DNA of 64,000 nucleotides, taken from positions 14,002 to 78,001 of the forward strand of contig DBRB01000016.1 in assembly GCA_002305475.1 (NCBI GenBank). The letters are read 5' to 3'. Below the pieces are notes generated by a model. The model was not told the origin of the DNA. It saw only the letters and a list, made by a program, of their open reading frames with translations, and did no database searches. A program made the position numbers and the translations under genes. The stretch comes from a candidate division WWE3 bacterium UBA1379. GTDB lineage: Bacteria; Patescibacteriota; WWE3; UBA101185; UBA10185. Shown here piece by piece: positions 20,434-29,680 of the stretch. Numbering within the stretch: the first letter of the stretch is position 1; each line of letters starts with the position of its first letter.

Positions 20434-20907
20434 ATGAACATGAAACGGATAGGATGTATCATATTGGTCGTAATTGCACTTCTTGTAGTTTGGTTTGCTT
20501 GCATATCCACAGGCGCTTTCTCAACAGAGAATAAAAAGGCAATATGGTATAAAACCCTGGATGCGTATGCAATAATCTCCGGGGAATGCGATTCTCACAA
20601 TGTTACGTACATGGGTCACAGAGAATCAAAAAGATTCAACCGTGGTGAAAAAATAACACGCCCCTGTGATCCCCAAGCCACCATGTTCCAAGACAAATCT
20701 GTTACTTATTATGTGAGGGTTGAATCACTATATGATGGTAAAATCTTCCCCCTGGTTATTGCCGAGGATCCTGGTATAAAAGCACAAGCAAAAATTGGGG
20801 TTTGGGAAAGATTACCAATGAATCAATGGTGCGAATTAACCTTTGATAAACCCGGTTTGTTAGACATAAATACCTGTCAGGATGAAATACCGAAACCACC
20901 GTATTGA
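20434..20907 (+). CDS. Hypothetical secreted/membrane-anchored protein.
   Basis: N-terminal hydrophobic signal/anchor (IGCIILVVIALLVVWFA), several Cys, and a good RBS and promoter. Confidence 0.35.
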   Translation: MNMKRIGCIILVVIALLVVWFACISTGAFSTENKKAIWYKTLDAYAIISGECDSHNVTYMGHRESKRFNRGEKITRPCDPQATMFQDKSVTYYVRVESLYDGKIFPLVIAEDPGIKAQAKIGVWERLPMNQWCELTFDKPGLLDINTCQDEIPKPPY

Positions 20908-20917
20908 AAAAGTACAA

Positions 20918-20949
20918 CCAGAGGAATTAAACCCCCTCTGGTTTTTTTA
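20918..20949. terminator. Bidirectional rho-independent terminator between the 20434 ORF and metG.
   Basis: CCAGAGG-aattaaaccc-CCTCTGG then TTTTTTTA. Confidence 0.6.
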
Positions 20950-22386
20950 TTGAACTTGAATCCGGGGAAACACTGGTTTGGCAGTTTTTATAAAGGAATT
21001 TGAATATTGTTCTTCGATTAGGGACACCGTATTGGGAATAAACGGTTTTAGTAGTTCAATAATACGTCTTAACTCATTTACTTCAGAAGTTAAGACTTCT
21101 CTGAGTTTACCGGGATCCGTAATTTTCCATGGCTCGTTCTCATTAATATGCTTATCCAGGATAGACAGGCAAGCCCAAATATTATGTAATACTTGATCCA
21201 CTCTAAGTTCATCAAAGGGTTTGGCCCAATCTTCTTGCCAGATATTTTCTAAAGGTTTTACCGGAAAATCAAACCCGCTTTTTTCAGCTAGTTTGGCAAT
21301 ACGGGCTACGGTATTTCCTAAACCGTTAGCCAAATCCGCATTATATACTTCAATAAAGTGATTAAGAGAAATATTCACATCTTCTACAATAGGACCGTGC
21401 TTTAAAAAATAGTATCTGACAGCATCCACTCCGTATTTGGTTACAAGTTCATCAGGTCTGATAACATTTCCCCTCGATTTGCTAATTTTTTCACCATCTA
21501 AATTAATAAAACCATGCACATAAATTGTATCCGGAAGCTTATATCCAGCACTTTTCAGCATTGCCGGCCATAACAGAGCATGCCAGCGTGCATTATCCTT
21601 ACCCAGAAAGTGAATGATATAAGTATTATCATCCCAAAATCCGGTCTGATTTCCTGCGGTGTAGTAGTTGATCAAAGCATCAAACCATACATAAATTACA
21701 TGTTCGCTGTCATTTGGTGTTTCTATCCCCCAGGATACTTTGTATTTCGGACGGGATACCGGAATATCCTCCAAACCGTTTCTAACAAACGCAATCATTT
21801 CTTTTCTTTTACCCTCCGGCATAACAAAGGTTAGACTGTTTAACAACTCAAGCAAAAAATCAGAATACTTACTCCATCTGAAAAAGTAGTTTTCTTCCTC
21901 CAGTTTCTGAATCTTTCTAGTGGGGTGCAAAAGACATTGACCTTCTTCATTTAATTCCGAGATGGTCTTGTGTGCTTCACATCCTTCACAATACAACCCT
22001 TCATACTTGCTTTTGTATATATCCCCATTCTCCAAAACTTTTGAGAAAAATTCCTGAGCTGTCTTTTGATGATCGACATCTGTTGTTCTAATAAATCTAT
22101 TGTATGAAATGTTTAGGCTATCAAGTTGAGCACGGTCTTTTTCGGATACCTCCGTCACAAAATCCAATGGAGAAATACCCTTTGTTTCTGCAGCTTTTTC
22201 ACTGGTACTGCCGAATTCATCAGTTCCTGTTAATAAATATACGTTACTCTCACCTTTTACCAGACGCTGAAATCGGGCAACACAATCCGCCAACACTTTC
22301 TGGTAAGCGTGTCCGATATGAATTACATCGTTTGTATAGTCTATTGCTGTTGTAACTAATGTTTTCTTCTTATCAAATACAGACAT
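20947..22386 (-). CDS. metG: Methionine--tRNA ligase, short form without the C-terminal tRNA-binding extension.
   Basis: HIGH-type motif (VIHIGHAY), KISKS (the KMSKS position), zinc-knuckle region CEGCEAH and the MetRS-typical YVWFDALINY. Confidence 0.88.
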   Translation of the reverse strand: MSVFDKKKTLVTTAIDYTNDVIHIGHAYQKVLADCVARFQRLVKGESNVYLLTGTDEFGSTSEKAAETKGISPLDFVTEVSEKDRAQLDSLNISYNRFIRTTDVDHQKTAQEFFSKVLENGDIYKSKYEGLYCEGCEAHKTISELNEEGQCLLHPTRKIQKLEEENYFFRWSKYSDFLLELLNSLTFVMPEGKRKEMIAFVRNGLEDIPVSRPKYKVSWGIETPNDSEHVIYVWFDALINYYTAGNQTGFWDDNTYIIHFLGKDNARWHALLWPAMLKSAGYKLPDTIYVHGFINLDGEKISKSRGNVIRPDELVTKYGVDAVRYYFLKHGPIVEDVNISLNHFIEVYNADLANGLGNTVARIAKLAEKSGFDFPVKPLENIWQEDWAKPFDELRVDQVLHNIWACLSILDKHINENEPWKITDPGKLREVLTSEVNELRRIIELLKPFIPNTVSLIEEQYSNSFIKTAKPVFPRIQVQ

Positions 22387-22447
22387 ATTGGGATTTTAAC
22401 ACTAACATTAATAAACATCTATCACTACAAAGGGAGTACATTGAGCG

Positions 22448-22810
22448 TTATCTTTTACTTCTCAGCTGAAGATAAAGGGCATAGTAAAAAACGGCAAACA
22501 GTAGCAAATTAATGATGTGGTAAATATTCAAGGCTTTCATACCTAAAACAAAAACAATACCGAAACTGCTAAAAAATCCCCACTTTAAACCCCTGCGGTA
22601 TAACAGTCTCAGGTTGGTAAATGAAGGGGCTTTTTTATATAACCTAAAATAAAATAGTACGGATAAAGTTATTCCCAGAGAAACAAACAAAAGAAAAAGA
22701 AAAGTTAGAATGTTAGTCAGAGTTGCCGGTTTAGTAGTATTAATCCAGTGAATCGTATACCACCACAAAGCGGCGTTTAGCACCAACACGGTATATAAGA
22801 ACTTAGGCAT
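22448..22810 (-). CDS. Hypothetical small membrane protein.
   Basis: 120 aa with 3-4 hydrophobic helices. Confidence 0.3.
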   Translation of the reverse strand: MPKFLYTVLVLNAALWWYTIHWINTTKPATLTNILTFLFLLFVSLGITLSVLFYFRLYKKAPSFTNLRLLYRRGLKWGFFSSFGIVFVLGMKALNIYHIINLLLFAVFYYALYLQLRSKR

Positions 22811-22897
22811 ACCTAGATTTTATCATTAGAATAAGTAATAAGTTAATTAACAATTAATATTTTCTGAAGTTTTTTAAGTATCTGATACAATACACCC

Positions 22898-23968
22898 ATG
22901 ACCGCCCAATCTATTATCCTAATACTACTGATTCTTGGAGCTGCAATATCTTTTATCTTCTATTTCTTTAGTACTCAAATGAAAAAACTAAAAGAAGAAT
23001 TAAAGGGTGGATCGGATACGGTACTGATGGAATGGTTGAAAGAAATGAAGAGCCAGGTAGAAAAAAGCACCACCACCATGGAAACCCAACTTAGAGATCA
23101 AAGAACAACCATGGAACAACAATTAAAGAGCCAAAGAGATGCCCTAAACCAGCAGACAAAACTGATTTGGGAACGTCTGGATAATGCCAGTGAAGTTATT
23201 AAAGGAGTTCAGCACCAGCTCGGAGGAATCCAGGAATTCGGAAAAGATATCAAAGATTTAAGTAGCATTTTAAAATCACCAAAACTTCGAGGTGGTCTGG
23301 GAGAACAATTTTTATATGATATTCTTGCAAACGCCCTACCTCAAGATATGTTTAAAACCCAATACAAGTTTAAGAATGGTGCCACTTGTGATGCCGTAAT
23401 CATGACCGATAAAGGCATTATACCGGTGGATTCCAAATTTCCTATGGAAAACTTTAAAGCCATGCTTGACTGCAATAATGATGCAGAGAGGGATAAATTC
23501 AAAAAAATATTTATTAGCGATGTAAAGAAGCGAATAGATGAAATTTCTGGCAAATATATTCTTCCTGAGGAACACACTACCGAACAGGCAGTTATGTATG
23601 TTCCTTCGGAAAAAGTATTTTATGAACTGGTAGTCAATTCTCCTCAGATTGAAGAATACAGCAAAGCCAAAAACGTAGTTATGGCATCCCCGAATACATT
23701 CTCCTATTTTGTAAAAATCATTCTGGTTGCATATCAGCAAAAAAGTCTGGAAAAACATGCCGGGGAAATCTTAAAAGCACTTTCAGGTATAAAAGTGGAA
23801 GCGGAAAAATTTGATGAAGACCTAGGAGTCCTGGATAGACACATTACTAATTCATATAAATCAATGGACAACATCAAAAGCAAGTTCGGTAGACTGTTTG
23901 GAAAAATTGAGAGTGCCCAAGCACTGGATGATCAGAAAGAAACAGAACAGGCGCGACTTCTGGAATAA
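22898..23968 (+). CDS. rmuC: DNA recombination protein RmuC.
   Basis: N-terminal TM, long coiled-coil, then a conserved-looking core (IPVDSKFPMENF ... VMYVPSEKVFYE ... MASPNTF). Confidence 0.75.
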   Translation: MTAQSIILILLILGAAISFIFYFFSTQMKKLKEELKGGSDTVLMEWLKEMKSQVEKSTTTMETQLRDQRTTMEQQLKSQRDALNQQTKLIWERLDNASEVIKGVQHQLGGIQEFGKDIKDLSSILKSPKLRGGLGEQFLYDILANALPQDMFKTQYKFKNGATCDAVIMTDKGIIPVDSKFPMENFKAMLDCNNDAERDKFKKIFISDVKKRIDEISGKYILPEEHTTEQAVMYVPSEKVFYELVVNSPQIEEYSKAKNVVMASPNTFSYFVKIILVAYQQKSLEKHAGEILKALSGIKVEAEKFDEDLGVLDRHITNSYKSMDNIKSKFGRLFGKIESAQALDDQKETEQARLLE

Positions 23969-24168
23969 TAGGGATAAACCTAGATTCACTTCTTTTCATG
24001 TTTTAAATACAATAAAAAAGATGCCCCTAGAAAAAGTATTTTCCGGGGCACCACATGCGGTCAGTTGGTATTATTCTTGCTTGTTTCTAAAAGTCAGCAG
24101 GCTAAGCAGTACGCCCAAAATTACCAGAGCTATTAGGGCAATTACTACGTAAACATCCATCTTATCCT

Positions 24169-24312
24169 CCTATGATTTCTTCAAATGCTCACGGGTCAGG
24201 TATATAACAACTAATATCAGAACCACAACGATGATAGCCACAACAAATTCCATTTTGTCGTTGTATTTAGCGTCTGATTGAACAACTAATAAAAGGGATA
24301 ATATAAAATTCA
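24169..24312 (-). CDS. Small hydrophobic peptide (47 aa), below the ORF-track size cut-off.
   Basis: AGGAGA RBS then ATG at 24312: MNFILSLLLVVQSDAKYNDKMEFVVAIIVVVLILVVIYLTREHLKKS. Its TAG stop overlaps a GGAGGATAAG ATG that starts a second 21-codon hydrophobic ORF (24094..24159). Confidence 0.25.
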
Positions 24313-24377
24313 TTAATGTCTCCTTCCCGCTATACCTACCTTATAGTACTTACCATTTTAGCATTTCTTTAATAAAA

Positions 24378-27302
24378 ATGTATAATGCACCCATGCCCAA
24401 AAAAGCAAAGACTGATAAAAACGCCAAAGGATCCATACAACTTAATGAGAATCAGTTAAAAGCAGTAGAACATTCCAACGGACCTCTGCTGGTTGTTGCA
24501 GGAGCAGGAACAGGAAAAACAAGAGTTATCACCGAAAGAATTAAATATCTAATCGAAGAAAATAATATTAAACCTCAGGAAATTCTGGCCCTTACCTTTA
24601 CGGAAAAAGCCGCAGGGGAAATGCTTGATCGTGTAGGTGATATTATGCCTTTAGGTTATGAAGAGCCCTGGATTTATACCTTCCATTCATTTGCAGATAG
24701 AATATTAAAGACAGAGGGACTGGAAATTGGGCTAGATACTTCATATAAAATTCTTTCCGAACCGGATCAGTGGCTTTTATTCAGGCACAATCTTTTTCAA
24801 TTTGATCTTCACTATTATCGTCCGCTCGGTAATCCCACAAAATTCATCTCAGCAATCTTAAAACTTATCTCCCGACTACACGATGAAAATATCGGTCCGG
24901 AGGAATTCATGCATTTTGCCCAAACATATCATGGAATAGATGAATCGGAAGTAGTGAACCAAACAGAAAAAGAAAAATGGCTGGAACTGGCCAGGGTATA
25001 TCAACAGTATCAGGATCTTAAGCTGGAAAAATCAAAAATGGACTTCGGGGATCTTATAACCTGGACTATTAAACTCTTTAAAGAACGTCCCAATATTCTG
25101 GAAAAATATCAGTCGAAATTTAAGCATGTGCTGGTGGATGAATTCCAGGATACCAACTTCAGCCAGTATGAGCTGATTAAAATCCTATGTCCCAATGACG
25201 GTCTAACCGACCGTTCATTAATTGTTGTCGGTGATGATTCCCAGGCAATATATAAATTCAGAGGAGCAGCGGTATCAAATATTCTGGATTTCAGGGAAGA
25301 CTACAAAGACGCAGAGATGGTTACACTTACGGAAAACTACCGTTCTGTTCAACCCATACTGGATGCATCCTATAAACTGATTCAGAATAATAATCCGGAT
25401 ACTCTGGAAGTAAAGCTGGGAATATCCAAAAAACTAATCAGCAAAAGCGACTTGCAGCCAATAAAACCGCTTGCTCTTCAGACTTCAACTATCGAGGATG
25501 AAGTCGAACTGGTAGTACATAAAATATTTGAAATCCTTGGTAAGGAACCGTTGTACAAATACAAAGATGTTGCTGTTTTAGCCAGAGCAAACAATCATCT
25601 GGAACCTTTCGTTCTGGCATTTAGAAAATTTGGGATACCCTATCAGCTTTTGGGAAACAGAGGGCTTTATGACCGGGAAGAAATCAGAGATATTATGGCT
25701 TTGTTGAAAGTGCTGATCAATCCTCTGGATACTATCAGTTTATACAGAGTGCTTAATATTGATGTGTTGAATATTCCTCAGGAAGAAATTACAAAAATGC
25801 TGGCTTCCGCCAGATATCGAAAATTAGACTTATGGACAGTACTAAAAGAAAACAAACAAGAAAACGTTCAACAGTTGTATAAAAAAATTACTGATTTCCA
25901 GGACCAGATTACAAAATCTACTCCGGTAGAAATTGTCTACAATCTGGTGAGCTCAATTAACTACATTTCCCAGTTTGTAAATAATGAGTCAGTTGAAGCC
26001 CAATTATCCATCAAAAATATGGATCTTTTTCTTAACCGGGTAAAAGCTTTTGAAATCGATTACCGTTCAGATAATAAAATGACTCCAACTTTAGTGGATT
26101 TTATTGAATATATCGAGCTGATGATAGAAGCCGGTGAAAACCCCGCCCAGGCAGAAGCAGAAGATATTGATACCGTAAAACTTCTCACAGTACACTCTTC
26201 AAAAGGATTGGAATTTCCGATTGTCTTTATGGTTTCTCTCACAGGAGACCGATTCCCTACCAGAGAACGTAGAGATGCTATTGAAATCCCAGATGAATTA
26301 ATACAGGAAACTCTTCCTACCGGAAATGAGCATACACAGGAGGAACGCAGATTATTTTATGTAGGAATGACTAGGGCACAGAAATATCTTTTTATGACCG
26401 TATCCAAAAACTACGGCGGAAAACGCGACAAAAACCCCAGCGGATTTATCCCTGAAACAGGACTGAAACTGGAAGAAGTAGATCTTGAACAAATTAGAAA
26501 AGAAAGACCGCAGAAGAGTCTTTTTGATCAGGACAGCGGCTTTCGGGAAGCAAAAGCACAAAAAATTGATAATTTCACACCATCTTTTTTAAGCTATACA
26601 CAAATCTCCACTTATCTGGAATGCCCGTTAAAATACAAATATTCCTACGTTCTAAATATTCCAACACCTCCTAATGCCGCTTTAAGTTTTGGATCAACTA
26701 TTCACGATACACTAAGAGATTTTCATACCAAACTGATGTTTGATAAAGTCTGTACCTTGGAAGATCTAATGAAAATGTATGAACGCAACTGGCAGCCTTT
26801 GGGATTTATAAATGAGGGACATCGGAAAGCATTTTTTGATAGCGGAGTAAAACTTCTTACGAATTATTATGAGAAAAACATTAACAGTAAGTGCAAACCT
26901 CTGGAAATTGAAAAAGGATTTAATATCAAAATTGACGGACTGAGATTTTATGGAAGAATAGACAGAATTGATCCTTTGGAAGACGGAACCGTAGAAATCA
27001 TTGATTACAAAACAGGAAATCCAAAATCTCAAAAAGAAGTAGATAATGATGATCAGGTTTCTTTTTACGCAATCGGGGCAGAAGAAGCATTAAATCTTAA
27101 ACCGAAGAAATTGTCATTATATTACGTAGAATCAGGAGAAAAAGTCACCACCACCAGAACACCCGAAGAATTAAAAGCTAAAAAAGAACAGGTTAAGGAA
27201 GTAATAGCAAAAATAAAATCCGGTGCTTTTGAATCCAAACCGGGTATGCACTGCAAACGGTGTGATTACAGAGAAATATGCCCATATGCCTGGAAAGAAT
27301 AA
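24378..27302 (+). CDS. UvrD/Rep-family SF1 DNA helicase fused to a C-terminal PD-(D/E)XK (RecB/AddB/Cas4-type) Fe-S nuclease domain.
   Basis: Helicase motifs: GAGTGKT Walker A, VLVDEFQDTN, VGDDSQAIYKFRGA, TVHSSKGLEFP. C-terminal nuclease motifs: ECPLKYKY, GRIDRID, EIIDYKTG, QVSFYAIG, plus a CKRCDYREICPY cysteine triad. Confidence 0.85.
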   Translation: MYNAPMPKKAKTDKNAKGSIQLNENQLKAVEHSNGPLLVVAGAGTGKTRVITERIKYLIEENNIKPQEILALTFTEKAAGEMLDRVGDIMPLGYEEPWIYTFHSFADRILKTEGLEIGLDTSYKILSEPDQWLLFRHNLFQFDLHYYRPLGNPTKFISAILKLISRLHDENIGPEEFMHFAQTYHGIDESEVVNQTEKEKWLELARVYQQYQDLKLEKSKMDFGDLITWTIKLFKERPNILEKYQSKFKHVLVDEFQDTNFSQYELIKILCPNDGLTDRSLIVVGDDSQAIYKFRGAAVSNILDFREDYKDAEMVTLTENYRSVQPILDASYKLIQNNNPDTLEVKLGISKKLISKSDLQPIKPLALQTSTIEDEVELVVHKIFEILGKEPLYKYKDVAVLARANNHLEPFVLAFRKFGIPYQLLGNRGLYDREEIRDIMALLKVLINPLDTISLYRVLNIDVLNIPQEEITKMLASARYRKLDLWTVLKENKQENVQQLYKKITDFQDQITKSTPVEIVYNLVSSINYISQFVNNESVEAQLSIKNMDLFLNRVKAFEIDYRSDNKMTPTLVDFIEYIELMIEAGENPAQAEAEDIDTVKLLTVHSSKGLEFPIVFMVSLTGDRFPTRERRDAIEIPDELIQETLPTGNEHTQEERRLFYVGMTRAQKYLFMTVSKNYGGKRDKNPSGFIPETGLKLEEVDLEQIRKERPQKSLFDQDSGFREAKAQKIDNFTPSFLSYTQISTYLECPLKYKYSYVLNIPTPPNAALSFGSTIHDTLRDFHTKLMFDKVCTLEDLMKMYERNWQPLGFINEGHRKAFFDSGVKLLTNYYEKNINSKCKPLEIEKGFNIKIDGLRFYGRIDRIDPLEDGTVEIIDYKTGNPKSQKEVDNDDQVSFYAIGAEEALNLKPKKLSLYYVESGEKVTTTRTPEELKAKKEQVKEVIAKIKSGAFESKPGMHCKRCDYREICPYAWKE

Positions 27303-27385
27303 AACGGGTAGTAAACAAAGCATATTGTCCACTACCCGTATTGGTATTCCAAATCCCCCAGTGTTTTCATGTCTAATGGAAGTTT

Positions 27386-27556
27386 TTATGTCCACACACA
27401 CTCATCTTGAACTTCCCCTAAAGGATGTTCAGAAGGTTTCTTCCCACAGCAGTGCTCAGCCATCATCCTTTCTGCAACTTCTTTGGCTTCGCTAGGCGTA
27501 TCACCGTATCCAGAAATCTCTTCCTCACAGACAGTGCATTTTATAGTGAATTTCAT
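27386..27556 (-). CDS. Small Cys-rich protein (56 aa), below the ORF-track cut-off.
   Basis: GGAGGAAGGAA RBS directly before the ATG at 27556: MKFTIKCTVCEEEISGYGDTPSEAKEVAERMMAEHCCGKKPSEHPLGEVQDECVWT. Same strand as, and directly downstream of, the FemAB pair. Confidence 0.35.
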   Translation of the reverse strand: MKFTIKCTVCEEEISGYGDTPSEAKEVAERMMAEHCCGKKPSEHPLGEVQDECVWT

Positions 27557-27625
27557 TTCCTTCCTCCATGTAGATATGTTGGATAAGAGATGGGACCTAA
27601 ATTATATCAAATAATACACACATAT

Positions 27626-28555
27626 TTATAAAGGGATTCTTTTTATTTTATTCAATATTTTAAATACCGGACTGAGGTATTTGATATGAGGTTCCGGAAA
27701 TCTTATAACCGTCCCACCAAACTTTTCCTTAAAATATGAGAAACCTCCCCAGTTTTTTGTAAACCGTGGATATCTTGGATCATCTATTCCGTCCAGATCC
27801 ATAACCTTGTATCCAAGATTTTTAAAATACAAAAATGCTTCCCACATCATCTTATGCCCGGCATCCGATTTTCTACCCTCTGAATTAGTTCCGGCGTGCA
27901 GATACCACACCGCATCATCTACTGCCAGGAAAAATTTCCCCCCCAAAAGTGTATTGTTTTGATCATAACCCATTATTAAATAACTTTTATCTTTAAAGAT
28001 ATTTCGTTTCTTTATTAAATCTTCCATACTCTGACTTGAAAAACCCTGGGTTGATGCCGTTTCTTTAGCTAGGTTATAAAAAGTTTCAAGCATTTCATCT
28101 GAGGGATTTCTGTGAAAAACGACTTTAGCATCGGAATGTCTGATTGAGTATCTCCCGCTTTTAGAGATGTTTTTCCAAAGATTTTCTTCAGGTAAAGATA
28201 AATCTATGTAGATCGTGGAGGGTGGAGCCAGAGGAGATACACCTGATATATATCCGAAATCTTCCAATATCTTGGTATCCTGACCAGCCATAGGTTCTAT
28301 TTTTATAAACACCCCTTTATTTTTAAGACTTATTTGTTCTATTTCATCCAAATCTTCTTTGGAAAGATTTTTCGGGTGCTGAACTTTAACCAGTCCGCCG
28401 ATACAGGAAGGCATAATTTCCACATTGATACCGCTTGATGTTCTGAAGGAGTTCCACTTAAGCCAGGATAAATATTCAGCCCAGTTCTCCGACTGGCGAA
28501 GATCCCTTTTAACCATAATGTTTTTTATCTTTTCATTACTCTCAATAATTTCCAT
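27626..28555 (-). CDS. FemAB-family peptidoglycan interpeptide-bridge aminoacyltransferase, paralog 2.
   Basis: 309 aa with a GNAT-like FemAB duplicated fold. The C-terminal region DAGHKMMWEAFLYFKNLGYKVMDLDGI ... NWGGFSYFKEKFGG resembles FemX/MurM. Confidence 0.65.
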   Translation of the reverse strand: MEIIESNEKIKNIMVKRDLRQSENWAEYLSWLKWNSFRTSSGINVEIMPSCIGGLVKVQHPKNLSKEDLDEIEQISLKNKGVFIKIEPMAGQDTKILEDFGYISGVSPLAPPSTIYIDLSLPEENLWKNISKSGRYSIRHSDAKVVFHRNPSDEMLETFYNLAKETASTQGFSSQSMEDLIKKRNIFKDKSYLIMGYDQNNTLLGGKFFLAVDDAVWYLHAGTNSEGRKSDAGHKMMWEAFLYFKNLGYKVMDLDGIDDPRYPRFTKNWGGFSYFKEKFGGTVIRFPEPHIKYLSPVFKILNKIKRIPL

Positions 28556-29463
28556 CTTAAATTCTGGGCATAATTAAATAGCACATACATCGGTTTATTT
28601 ACCACATAATCATAAGAATCCAAATATTCAACAAACTTTCCTCCGAATTTAAGCTTGAAATTGGTAAACCCATACCAAGGATCATTCTTGTCATTCGGAT
28701 CATTTGCCGCACCCCACATATCAAATACCTTGCAGCCTTTTTCCTTACCTAACTGTATTGATTCCCAGCAAACCAGAGTACTTGCAAAAAGATTTTTATG
28801 TTTCTCGGATGAACCTCCGTACGGATAATACAGAACTCCGTCATAAGTAAAAAGCATCCAGGATGCCAGTGCTTCATCATGATAATATGCAGTTAGTATG
28901 TGGCAGATTCCTTTCGGATACAAAAGTTCCCAGATTTTTCTGTAATAACTTTTTGGATGAATATAGTATTTCTGTCTAACCGCAGTATCGGCAAACAGAG
29001 TATAGAAGATTTCAAAATCCCGTATAGTTTCCCCCCGTTTAACAACCAATCCTTTTCTTTGAGCAAGCCGGATGTTATATCGATGCTTGGTATGCATACT
29101 CATCATTAGTTCTTCATCATCTTTTGATATGTCCAAGAGAATATTTGATTTGGCAAAGGTATCCCGTGGGGACGGTATACAATGTTCGTCCATGATTTTA
29201 ACAGCATCCAAAGAACAAGGATCTTCTTTAACGATATTCGGTACGTCAAAATTTATGGCAATACATTTATTTTTTATGGCGGATTCTCTTAGCAAATCCC
29301 AGTCAATGGTACAAGGATCAACCTTTGGGCAATAACCAAAATTAAAGCCTGTATAGGGAATCTTATGCAGAGTGTACTGAACATTGCCAGCCCTTATAGC
29401 AGGTGTTCCCTGTATTGTTTTAAAATCACCCCATTCAGGTGACTGAACGATATGTATTCCCAT
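28525..29463 (-). CDS. FemAB-family peptidoglycan interpeptide-bridge aminoacyltransferase, paralog 1.
   Basis: 312 aa. C-terminal region HKNLFASTLVCWESIQLGKEKGCKVFDMWGA ... FTNFKLKFGGKFVEY is typical of FemX/FemA/MurM. Confidence 0.7.
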   Translation of the reverse strand: MGIHIVQSPEWGDFKTIQGTPAIRAGNVQYTLHKIPYTGFNFGYCPKVDPCTIDWDLLRESAIKNKCIAINFDVPNIVKEDPCSLDAVKIMDEHCIPSPRDTFAKSNILLDISKDDEELMMSMHTKHRYNIRLAQRKGLVVKRGETIRDFEIFYTLFADTAVRQKYYIHPKSYYRKIWELLYPKGICHILTAYYHDEALASWMLFTYDGVLYYPYGGSSEKHKNLFASTLVCWESIQLGKEKGCKVFDMWGAANDPNDKNDPWYGFTNFKLKFGGKFVEYLDSYDYVVNKPMYVLFNYAQNLRWKLLRVMKR

Positions 29464-29591
29464 AAAGAAAGTATATCACTAGGATATTTTCGAAATATTT
29501 GACAACTTAAATCGGATAGGATAACTTCTACAAAAGGAACAACACTCGTCTTGTTTGGGACGGGGATGAAAAAAGAGGGGACTTCCGTAGC

Positions 29592-29666
29592 TTTGGTTCC
29601 TTTAAGCAGCGGACATCGGGAGTCCGCAGCAGCAAAGCTTGGATTTAAAAACTCTGCGGACTCTCT
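29592..29666 (+). promoter_or_regulatory. Structured 5' leader with mutually exclusive hairpins (attenuator-like) upstream of the cyclophilin gene.
   Basis: Inner hairpin GCGGAC-atcggga-GTCCGC is nested in AGCTTTG/CAAAGCT. The 3' arm GAGTCCGCAG can instead pair with the downstream CTGCGGACTC, which is followed by TCTTCTAAATTTTT. Confidence 0.3.
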
Positions 29667-29680
29667 TCTAAATTTTTCCT

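Noticed and set aside
27223-27495. 90-aa plus-strand ORF overlapping the end of the helicase-nuclease gene.
   Set aside because: It overlaps the 3' end of a confident CDS and has no RBS. The minus-strand 56-aa Cys-rich ORF with a strong RBS explains the region better.
29592-29641. Possible SRP (4.5S) RNA helix-8-like hairpin with AGCAGC flanks.
   Set aside because: The apical loop is 7 nt (ATCGGGA), not a GNRA tetraloop. The conserved GGAA/AGCA internal-loop arrangement and the 5'/3' closing helix are not present. It is kept only as a generic structured leader.
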